From: Lepidodermella squamata | Taxonomy: Eukaryota; Animalia; Gastrotricha | Direction: 5' to 3' | Length of the DNA stretch: 64,000 nt | Assembly: GCA_047495785.1 (NCBI GenBank) | Contig: JBLDXI010000001.1 | Span: 124,001-188,000 of the forward strand | Shown here: positions 12,501 to 23,426 of the stretch, piece after piece | Numbering within the stretch: position 1 is the stretch's first letter | Layout: each line of letters begins with the position of its first letter | Notes under the pieces: generated by a model | Told to the model about the DNA's origin: nothing | Seen by the model: the letters and a program-made list of their open reading frames with translations, nothing else | The model's database searches: none | Translations under genes and position numbers: made by a program

Positions 12501-15500
12501 GCTCGCGGGCCGGCCAGCTCGGCTAAATGGGAAACGGGGCCTTTTCTAAGCCGGCCTAGCCTAGTTTTATTGCGCGACAAAGGCGCGCGCCGGGCGGCTG
12601 CCGTGTTATTTTAAAGACAAGAAAATGCAATATCGCGCATTTAATGAATATTCATGCCCGGGCGAGAGCTTAATTTTTAACCATCCAACCTAACCGGCCA
12701 GGCCGCTTTCGCCCCGTCGCAGCGCGAGGCCGATCAATTTTTACGGCACGGCCTTCGGGTTTTGTTTTTCTTCGTTTACTTCTTACTAAGTCAACTCGGC
12801 CTAAAACCTACAACAATGGTTCTTTACCTACTTTTTCCTAGATATTTTTAAGGAAGCGCAAGTCATGACGTAACAAAAATTAGTGTTTTTTGCCTTGCGA
12901 AAAAAATGCGAGACGCGTTCCTGCTTCTGAACATCCTGCTTTTTACAAAATGTTTCAGAATGATCCTCGGCAAAGACAACGCTACCTACTGGTCGACCGA
13001 GTACGTGCTATATCGAACCGTGACGGACGATGGTGATAACAATGTAACTGTGACTCGCCCGGCCGCGTCAAGCACAGCGGCGCCCAGGGTATCCACGACA
13101 ACGATGATGGCTCGAACAACCAGGCCGCCGGCTATTTCAACGACAGCCCCCGTGGCTGGCGGTCTTGACTATCTGTCGACGGTTACGCTTGATGTCGCCA
13201 TGTGCCTACTACCCCAGGCAATGATAAACAGCCTGGATGCCAACATGCTAAGAGATATAATTGCGCCAAATTCAAGCAATAACCCGTACTCGATGTCGGT
13301 TAGTCCGAGCGAACTTCGCGCATCTGATCCGTACATCAAGGTGACGATCAGATCATCGGACGAATCGCGGCCTATCACAGCTTTCTTATCTTTCATCATG
13401 TGGATATCACCGAGGACAGGCCTCATCGCCGGTAATTTCACCGAATTGTGGGACACATCATCGGCGGGCTTCTTGCAACTCGACTCGTCATCGCCTAACA
13501 TGGCCGCCTTGTTGCTGACATCTGTAAATGGCGACGCTACGGTCTACTGCCTGCACAACAGGTACGGGCGCGTCAACGGCATCGCGACTCTGACGCCCGG
13601 GCTCATGCAGGTCGATGCTCTGTACTTCACGCCGTCGGTATGGGATCGTATGATCAGGTTTTCGACAGCCAACAATCTCACGCCAGTTCTAATGTAAGTC
13701 TTTTCATTTTTTACCTCAAAACTATGGGTGAAGATCTTGAATTAATTTTGGGCAAATAATCCAGAATTTTCGAAAATTCGATGGAAATTCAGAATTAAAA
13801 GGGTTCTTATCGCAAAAATCGACATGTATTAGGATATCCGTGAATTCTGATTATCTTTTAATTGTTCCGAGGCAAAATATTTTTACATTTTTGTCTTTTC
13901 CTTGACTAGGACCGCTGTGTTTGGTGACGGAAAGTTGTGGCGTTTGACACCTGCTATCCTGACAATTTCGAACCAGACTACGGTTGCACCCACTTTGCCA
14001 ACAGAGCCAAGCCCGTCCGCCACAACCCGCGGTGCAGCTACCACGGCACAGGCCTCGACTGTCACCGTGCGAAATGTCACCTCGATCGCGATGAACACCA
14101 CCGCTCGACCGGGTGGGGCGTCGAGCAGCACTGCGCGCCCAGCTATCACTGCGACTGTAACCACTGCGAGGCAGGCGAGTAGCACGGGACCGGCTGCGAC
14201 GACTCAGCGGCCAAGTGCTGCAACGGCGACAACAGCGGCATCGATTGTCACGATGACAACTACCCGCGCGCCGGCAGTCACCACGACCACGGCACGGCCA
14301 GCGACTAGTGCGGCTGCGACAACAGCGAGACCGGCTGGATCGACGACTCGGGTTCCGTTGATCTCATCGACAGCCGCACCCTCAGTTACGGCTTCAACTA
14401 CCCGAGCGACGCAGCAACCTCAAACTGTTCCAGTAGGTTCGCAGAATCGAACTTCCAACGCGACAACCGCCAGCCCAGGCGTTTCTACCGCAAGACCGGT
14501 TACAACTGCTAGCCCGGGTGTTTCTACTGCAAGGCCGGTTACAGCTGCAGCGCCTTCGACAACCAGGCAGCCGGCTGTTTCTAGCGCTGCTCCGGCCGTG
14601 AGCTCGACTACCGCACGAGCGGCGTCAACCACGGCATCTCCGGCAGCGACTACGAAACAAGCGGCGGCGACTTCGGCGGCAGTTACAACGTCTGGACCGG
14701 CGGCGGCCACTACGGCACGGTCGGCTACAACGGTAAAATCAGCCGCTATCACCACGGTCGCCCAAGCAGCGGGTTCCACGGATGACGGCCTGCCTTACGC
14801 GTTCGTTCGCGATGTGGCGCTTTGTTTACTGCCGGCATCGCTTGGCGGCATTGCCAATTCATACTCGTTCGAACCTCGAACAGGCCGCAACAGCCCATTC
14901 ACACTCGCCGTCCAGCCTGCTGATGGTTCTGTGGCTTATGGGGCCGATGCTAATGGTATGCAACTTTTTTATGGGGAAATTCAAGCTATTTTCATCGATA
15001 TTTGTTTTAGTGACGATTTCATCTTCTGACGAAAATCTACCAATCACGGCGTACCTAATGTTCGCTGTTTGGACCATGCCGAAAACCGCGTCGACTTGGA
15101 CTCAAGTGCCGTATAACAACACACCAGCCGGCATTTTCAGCCCCGGCCAAGAGACGATTTCTTTCATCGGCAGCAATCCTGAGTTGACGCGGGTTCGCTG
15201 CTCCAGCAACGATTTCGGAGAGGTTACCGGCTTGGCATCCTTAGCGCCCAGCCTGAAAACTGTCTCTTCACAATGGTTCGCTCCTCTCAGCTTGCCGCGT
15301 GGCGCTAGTTCTTCGGTCCAACCGACAATTTTGTGAGTAACCTAAAACAATCGCACGTGATTTGACTTAATTTTTGTTGTTTAGTGCTGGAGTTTTTGCT
15401 GATCAAAAGCTGTGGGAACTTCGCCCGGTTTTCCTCTCATTGTACCAGGTCTCCTCAACGGCTCAAGTACGATCTTCGACGGCTGCAGCTGGCAGTGGCA

Positions 15501-17899
15501 CTACTACGACAGCGAGACCAGCCGCGCAGTCAACAGCAACGGCATCAACAACTGCCGCTTCGATAACAACGAGAAGTGCACCGCCTCGTCTCTCGACGGC
15601 AGGCCCAGTGGCTGTTTCGACCCCGAGAATTCCGGGCGTCAATCTGACTGTAATGCCATCCAGCGTTCGAACACGCCCGCCTACTACCGTTCCGACCGAG
15701 CCTACTACAACGACGAGGGCGCCGACGACGAGCTCGACCGCAGCTCCAGCTACTACAAGAGCAGCGGCTACAACAGCCCGACCAGCAGCTACGACTGCGG
15801 CGCAGACAACGGTCAGGGCGCCTGCTGTAACTACGGCTCGTGCTGTCGGCCAGGTGACCACAGTGGGCACATGGCGGCCGATAGACGGCGGCAATGTGAC
15901 AGTCGCTGATACTGCCGTGCCGATTTCGTTCGACTGCCGGCGGCACAACCACGACTGCAAGCTCACTGGTGGTTATTGCGACACCGACTCGGGCAAGTGC
16001 CGGTGTTCCAGCTATTACTCAGCTTATGATTGCCGTGTACTCAGTAAGTTGAACTTTTTTAATTCTGATGAAAATAGTCAATGCTCTTTCCAGCTGCCCT
16101 CGTTCGCGAGGACGCTGCTTGCAACGATGGCAAAGGGTGCGGAAAGGGCGAGAAAAACGGAGATTACTGTCTTGCGACTGCCCGCGACCGAGATGGCGTG
16201 AAAGAGTTTACTCAATGCTCATGCGCCTACGGCTCTTACGGGCCTGACTGCAATCGGTCTAGAGGTATTCATTCCCGCTCATTAACTCTGATATTATAGA
16301 AGTGATCATTTGTTTTTAGTGGAACTGTCCTGCAGCGAGAGTGAAATGTCAATCGCCATCAACCCGTTCCCGTCATTCGCTGTTTTCGAGGGGCATATTT
16401 TCCTGCTAAATCAAACCAACGATGTTATGATCGAGGACGAAGAGTGCCGTTTCAACATCTCAGACATGGCCTACACCTTCAACATGCCTTATGAAACGCT
16501 GATAAACCGATGCGGCGGCACTAAACTTGCTGATAACGTGAGCGTTAAAAAATTTCAATTTTTTAATTTACCTCCTTAATTTATTTCAGACGTTCAATAT
16601 GAGATTCATAATTCAAAATCACCCGCATTGGCTGACGGCGTACGACCAAATTCTGAGTGCAAAATGCGTGCTAACAGTCATGCAGCCTTACGAGAAGTCG
16701 ATCGTCATTCAGACCAACGGCAATGTGCGGCTGTTCAGCGGCGCCAACGCACTGTCGAACTTGGCCGAGAACGTGATTGTTGGCGAACACACGCGCATCA
16801 TCCCGCGGCCGGTTCCGCAGCCCAACTTCAGCCTGCGCCGCGTCAACTTCGACCAGAACGGCGTGTGGTCGACTGCCGAGGTTCAAGGACCGGTCAAGAT
16901 CGGTGACACGATTCAATTCTCAATTGAAAATTCGAACAACACGTACTACTCGCATCTACGCACCGAGGACTGCACGCTTACGATGGACAACTCGATTGAG
17001 ATGAAACTCATTTCTCGCTCTTGCCCGGCTTCTAGAGCTGCCTGGACTCTTCTAAGGTTAGAATTGTTCATTAATTAGATATGCGTTGGTTCAAGAAAAT
17101 TTCGATTTTTAAGGTGGGATAAGACCATGTACACGAACTCATCCGTGGCTTTCTGGCTTCGACTGCCGGCCAATGCGTTGTCAGGGTGGCCGAGACAGAT
17201 CGACATCTACTGTAGGATCAAGCTGTGCCTTCATGACAGTTACGATCAGTGCGATATCGTAAGGAAAATCTTAGAAATTATCAACTTGTTTTAAAAATTC
17301 CATTCCAGAACAACAACGGCTGTAAAGGAGTGACGAATTTCTTGCCGCCAACCCTGGCGCTCAAGAACTACGGCAGGAGGCGGCGTGAAGTTGCCGATGT
17401 CATCAACAGCAAGCTACACGCCGACTCGTCGTCCGAGGAGGACAAAACGCCGGTAGTTTACGCGACCGTCCACTATTCGTTCCAGCTGGATGTCGACGAG
17501 CAGGGCAACAACCAGCAAGAGGCGAATGCGCCCACCGATGACAGCAATAGCGATTGGACACCCGGCGCCGCTGCTGCAGATCCGAGCCTGATGAGCGCAA
17601 ATGCAGACGCGTTGCGGCAACAATCGGCGTCTAGTTTCGACGAGTTTGCGCATCTGTCGTCGAAATCACCAGCGAATTCGCTGTTGCTGACCCCCGGGCT
17701 CACCAGCGATGACCTGGTGATGAGCGGCGGCAAGGGCGCGGCGCCTGTTGTCTCGCCGAGCCTCAGCCTCATCAACCAGTGGCTGCTCATCGGCCTCATG
17801 TTCGTCGTGTTCTTGCTGATCGCCGCCGCCGGGCTCATCTTCTACCTGAGCTACAGGCTGCGGCACTCACAGGCCTATTCGCTCTCCCATGCCGGTTAA
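6534..17899 (+). CDS. Multi-exon ZP-domain membrane protein 'ZP-A': signal peptide, ~5 Reeler-like domains, Thr/Ala/Arg/Pro mucin stretches, 2 EGF-like, ZP module, furin site, TM
   Basis: Hand-spliced with GT-AG introns keeping frame. Hydrophobic leader IAWFILALVAISYSSMA. Reeler-like motifs VRFLWDAP, FSATWLAP, NFRFLFIQCR, RPITAFL, VSSQWFAP. EGF CDTDSGKCRCSSYYSAYDC. ZP cysteines VELSCSE..ECRF..NRCG..SAKC..EDC..IYCRIKLC. RRRR furin site, then TM WLLIGLMFVVFLLIAAAGLIFYL; stop at 17899. Start codon choice is uncertain. Confidence 0.85.
9472..10092. mobile_element. Non-autonomous TIR element (621 bp), CAC..GTG termini, TA flanks; CMC/EnSpm-like MITE in an intron of ZP-A
   Basis: Left TA|CACGGGAAAAAACCCATGAATTCAT, right ATGAATTCATGGGTTTTTTTTTCCCGTG|TA. 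Several subterminal CATGAATT repeats at both ends. AT-rich, no ORF. Superfamily is inferred from the termini only. Confidence 0.8.
14463..14540 (+). repeat. 39-bp coding tandem repeat (TTASPGVSTARPV x2) in the ZP-A mucin region
   Basis: Two 13-codon units encoding the same peptide, with 6 synonymous differences. Confidence 0.85.
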
Positions 17900-19480
17900 A
17901 ACACAGACACAAACTCGCCATCGTGTGCTGCCAGTCTCCTCAAACAAAAATTTGCTACGTTTTATCGCGCCTGTAAAAAAAAGCCTCGCAAATTCCCATA
18001 TAAGAGATGTGAGAAGAAGATATTTTCTACTCTGCCAGTTGAAAAAGATGTGTACAGCTTAACCTAATACTGTAGAGTAAAAAGGTTGTGCGTAGGGCTG
18101 TTTAAGGCCGCATGCTATTATTTGTTTTTATGATGATCGAAAACGTTGTTGTGAAATTGCGGCGAAATTTCTTCTTTTGCTATTCTTCTTCTGATTGTGA
18201 TATCAATTGTTCATGATAACCATGAAGTGTATAGTTTGATTTCTCTTGTTTCGTCTTTTTCGGCGATCATCATCTTCTATGTAGCACGCGCATGACACCT
18301 ATCGACGCATGCCCGGCTTGTAATTCGCAATAGAATATCGCGCGCTGTTTTCTCCGCATGCGCTTTAACGCTATATATTTTGATGAAAGATGAAAAGTTA
18401 TCATAATAATATATTACAAGAGTTTTATCAATTGTGTAAAAATATTCACAGAATTTATTTTCTATTTTTGATAAAAAAAATCTCAGCGTCTTCAGTTGTA
18501 TAAACGTTTATCATTGGATTGATTGAAATTTGATTGATTTGATTTTTTATTGATCACTTTTGTGAACCTCGTAGAAATTCGTTCAGAAGTCTTCGTAACC
18601 AAGGCGATAGCTCACTTTTCGTTAAGGACCCCCTGCCAGCCATTACTACTCGAGATTCCTCTGATTACTGATGAATGCATTTACTCAACCTGAAACTCCA
18701 AGGCAATAATGTTACCTCAAACTCATTTTTCGTTATGGGTTGTTCCTCTTTCGATTTGTTTGTTGCGATTAGATCGTACAATTTTGATGTTCCAATTTCT
18801 CAATTTTCTTTGGCTAAAAACAATTCGCTCACCGCTCACTCAAATCAATCTTGCTATATCGTACTATCGAGAAGGAAAACAATACCTATATGAAATGTCT
18901 AATGGAAGCCAACTCGAACCGAACCGTTCATTTTTATACAAATGCGCCACAAAACTTCAATCATAATCAACTGTCAATTGTAGCTATAAATATATTTCTT
19001 CCTTTATTATATAATTATTATTTAATAATTGAGAATGAATTCTTAAAATAAAGATACGAAAGAGTCATAGTATTTCCTGACCAGGTAATTAGGCAAGTGG
19101 AGACTAAAAAACTTAGTTAACTGGTTTTACTATTCGCAATGCGGCTTTATCAATTATGTTTTCAATTCAGTCATGTTGGTCAAGTGTCGCAGACGAAGCT
19201 GCCCATTGATGCGGTCATTCATCAAGAGCCTCAAAAGGTTAAAAATTCGATAAGGCGTCCGCATTATCACTTATAGATTGCTTAGCAACTCAAAGCAAGG
19301 GTTTCATAAATAATTAACCGAATGCACTCAGAAAGATAACACTGTCGTAGCAGACCGTTCCTACATTGCGTTATCAGCAGAGTAGAAATCATGATAACCT
19401 ACTTGTAAGCGGTGTGACAATGAGGGTCAATTCAAAGCATTAGCAATATAGCCGTCGAAACGCGAAATTCAATCGAAACA

Positions 19481-20599
19481 ATGAAATTCAATCAATCAAT
19501 GATTTTATGGCTCCGAAATAAGAAGTCCCTTATTGCGAACAGTTTAGCTTACGCTGGCTTTCTTGTGGTCGGTGATTACCTGGTATGAAGATTCAAGTAT
19601 ATATCATTTTCTAAGGATGTTATTTAATATAGTCGATGCAACTTGAGAAAAGATTAAAACAAGGGCAATCGCTGGAGAAATTAAAGGAATTATCCGTTAA
19701 ACACAACGTTGAGCCATACCATTACATTCCAGATCCAACTCATCATCAACATGTATCAATGAGTGAAGCCTCGTCTCCAGTGGAATCTGTCGATGAAGAG
19801 ATGAGTGGAACAAAACTCGCTCGCAAATTGGGCTGCGTATTCGCCTCTGGAATTCTCGTTGGCGCTTTTTTAGATCGATGGTACATTTTTCTAGGTAAGT
19901 CATTTTTGCAGATTATTTTCATAATAGTAAGCTCCCATTTAAAACGAATAAAGCTTTACACACATGTACAATGGGCTCATCGAAATTCTATTTTTATCTG
20001 TAGATGGGAAACTTAGTGCGACGAGCGGTAAAACCATAGCAATAAAAGTAAGGATTTCAACCCGATAACCATCGATAACAATCGACCTCGTCTATTTCAA
20101 GGTACTCATAGACCAGCTGGTAGCATCGAATGTCGCCAATGCTGGATTTTTCATAACCTGCGGTCTATTCGAAGGTAATATTGTATAAACATTTCACGCT
20201 TCTCAGCTAATTATTTTTCAACTACAGGGATGACCCCAGCAGAGTGCTATGCTGAGCTTCGAGAGAAATACATGCTATTAGTCATGAGGTAAGGATACCT
20301 GTCTGATTTGTTTTGCGCTCCATGGCCGGTTTTCTTCCAGTGACATTGTTTTCTGGGTTCCAGCTCAAACGATCAATTTTAAATTTGTGCCGCCCAAGTA
20401 TTTTTAAAGACCAAGGAATAATTATTGCTAAACACCGTTAAAAGGTATCGAGTACTGTATATCTCCGTGGCGAATGTCTTATGGAACATACTGCTATGCT
20501 ATCATCGCGTAAGTACCGAGCTTTCTTTTGACATCTCATCAAAGACTTAAACTTTCTACACAGAATTATGACCTTCAAAAGTTAATATCGCGTAAATGA
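19481..20599 (+). CDS. Mpv17/PMP22-family membrane protein (MPV17L2-like), 8 coding exons
   Basis: Spliced product MKFNQ..VVGDYLSMQ..DRWYIFLDG..IKVLIDQLVA..ELREKY..FWVPAQTINFKFVPPKYRVLYISVANVLWN..K*. The KVLIDQ and WVPAQTINF..VP..YRVL motifs are typical of the family. Confidence 0.88.
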
Positions 20600-21331
20600 A
20601 GTCGATTGACGAGCGAATCTCGGTGAAGTCAACTACTATTATTATTATTATTATTAGGAACAGCTGATGCATATTTTCCGCTGCCATACCTGTATAATTT
20701 TCTACTCAGTGCTCGTTTATTGGTAAATAAAATAAATCGACGAAAATGGGCCGAACTGGGCCTAAGTGTAACGATGGTTATAACAATAACTAATTTATAC
20801 GCTCATTTTGCTACTTTCGCTAGTTGAAGCTGAGAAATGGCTGTTCTGCGCTGCGTCTTGACATTTGGTTTAAATATCTTCATTATATTCAAGTATACCT
20901 GAATGCATTTAATTAAAAGCGGATCCGAGTTCGCCTCAATAGCAATTTACGTAGTACTGGCTCATCGTGAGAGTGAAATAAGCTGGTAATCTTATAAGCG
21001 ATATCGGCCATAAATCGCCTCAATTTATCCGTAATCTCGTAAAGATGATACGTAAGAAAAACACGCGGCTAAATCTACATTTAGCGGATTTCGAAGTAAC
21101 TTGCCGACCTGCCGTCTGTACTGGATAGTACGCTGTTTGACGCAGTTTGACGTCTGTCGCCGCGCATTTGGACAAACAGAGCAATTTCAGCCGTGCAATC
21201 CGATCATTTTTTCATTTTAAGCTGGATTCCTAGCAAAAATCGGCAACTGCGTCATGAGACGAATAAGAAGCCGTAAGATGCCGCCAGATCACTGTTGGTT
21301 GAAATTTCGGCAATAAATAATTGGCTGATCC

Positions 21332-22710
21332 ATGGTCTGCATTGTCCTGATCTCGGCAAAACTGGCGGCCAGTTTTGTAATAGCTGTCTCAGTTCTGGCT
21401 GGCTATTTTATCTTCCTTAGTGGATTCGACCCAACTAGCAGTGAAGAACTACAGAATCCTCACGAAGTCATGCCGAGAGAGGCCGTGCTTAACATTGAAA
21501 GTGAAAGAAAAGTTATTCTTCTATTGACGCCCTTGCATAGCAATCGAAACTGGTTCTTCCCGAAACTTGACCTTGCGCTCAACCAATGCCCAACTAGGCA
21601 ATCGAGAAATTGCGTTCTGACCAAGGACAAACGAAAGCTGAGAACTGCTGATGCCGTCGTAGTACACCCTCGCGACGGCTTGGATATTCGGGATGTATCA
21701 CGGCCAAATCGACTGAGCAGCAAACAACAACTTGTGTTTTTCAGCTTCGAATCACCTGCCCATACTTATGCGGGAGAATTTCCAGCCGGTGTTATTCCCA
21801 ACTCTGCCTACAGCGATTTAAGACTCTTCGATGGATTGTTCAATCTCACGATGACATACAGGTCAGTTGAAAAAGCGACTGAGAAGGTCTCAGCATTTTG
21901 TTTCATGCTTATAGAACTAATTCGGACATTCCGATTCCATACGGAAAATTCATTCGGAAAGGTTCTTCTATCAACGTTAGCGACGTTAGCGTTGGGAATA
22001 AGACTAAAGCGGTGGCTTGGATAGTTTCGAACTGTGAAACAGCTTCCCGACGCGAGCGCTACATCGAAGAGCTGAGCAAATATATCCAAGTCGATATATA
22101 TGGCCGATGTGGAACCAAGTCTTGCTCTTGTCCTAGGCGCGATCTCTCGGGAGATTCTGGCCTAGAAATATGCTCAGAGTGCTATGAAGAAATTGAAAGA
22201 GATTACTACTTCTACGTAGCCTTCGAAAACTCGCACTGCAGCCAGTATGCAACAGAAAAGCTCTTCGTACCCTTATCGAGGAATGGTCGCAATCGCGTGA
22301 TACCATTGGTCTTTTCACTTCACCTCGAATCTATGATCGGGAATGGCAGTAGAAGATGGCCTGGTTATTCAGAGCTCGCACCACCCCATTCTTTCATCGA
22401 CGCAGCCGATTTCAAGGAAGGTCCAAAACGACTAGCTAAATACCTCAAGTACTTGATGGAAAATCCAAGCGAATATTTGAGCTATTTTCAATGGCGAAAT
22501 GAATACGAAGTTATTGACACTTTCTCCGACCTCAAGTGGCAAGCAGGGTTCTGCGAGCTCTGCCGAAAGCTCAATGAAGAAGAAGATGCTTATTCGTCTT
22601 ACGGCAGTATTCACGACTGGTGGTTCGGGAAAAACGTCGAAGCTAACGGGATGAACGCGTCGTGTCAAGTTCCATCGAATGATTTCACGCCCGTAAGTGT
22701 GATAGCTTGA
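21332..22710 (+). CDS. Alpha-1,3-fucosyltransferase (GT10), 2 coding exons
   Basis: N-terminal signal anchor, ADAVVVH, FESP, NLTMTYR|TNSDIPIPYG across one GT-AG intron, AWIVSNC, VDIYGRCG, alpha3-FucT motif YFYVAFENSHCSQYATEK, YLSYFQWR, FCELC. Confidence 0.93.
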
Positions 22711-23426
22711 GAAAAAGGTCTGAATAAACAAGAGGAGAGCTGTATCAAGATTTTTTATTCTAATATAATCATCGAAACATCTCATCAATCGAAGACAGGT
22801 GGTATACACAATACATCAAATATATTTCAAAACAATAATCGGGACTTCTTTGTACAAGTTCAAGATGCGCTTGTCGTAAAATCCAAGCCTTTCTCTCATA
22901 TACAATAATAAACAATAATTTTTCAACACAAAACATTTCAACATAAATTCGATGGATGTGTTTGAAAGCAATGGCGATAATGCCGTTCTTTCATGCATAT
23001 GTATAAGTGGAAGATTTGCGCTTATATGCATCATCGACAAGTGACAAGTAGTGAAAAATTGAAAATCCGCGCAGCGCGCAGAGTTGCAAAAAGTTTAACG
23101 ACAATCTTTACAATTTTAGTCGATTTCTTCTCATTTTAGCTTTCTTCGATAAAAAAAACCACGACAAATAAAGGGACAAGCTTCGTTTTTTTTGCAGTGA
23201 AAATTGAGCGACGGCAAGCTTCATGTTAGGCGACAGTATGCAATGATCGTACTTTCAGCAGTTGAGCTAGTTAGGATTATTTACACACGTACTTTAGAAG
23301 AGAAAATGAAATATTTTGTTGTTAATAATATAACTCATTAGCAGGTCGATTGAGTGGCCTTATAATTTATAACGATATTTTTCCTAATGGCACCATATTT
23401 TGTTGTTTTGCTGAAGCCTATTACAA

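Noticed and set aside
13883-15966. Antisense and alternate-frame ORFs over the mucin exons (Val/Ala-rich or Cys/Arg-rich)
   Set aside because: Expected shadows of ACN/GCN-rich coding sequence.
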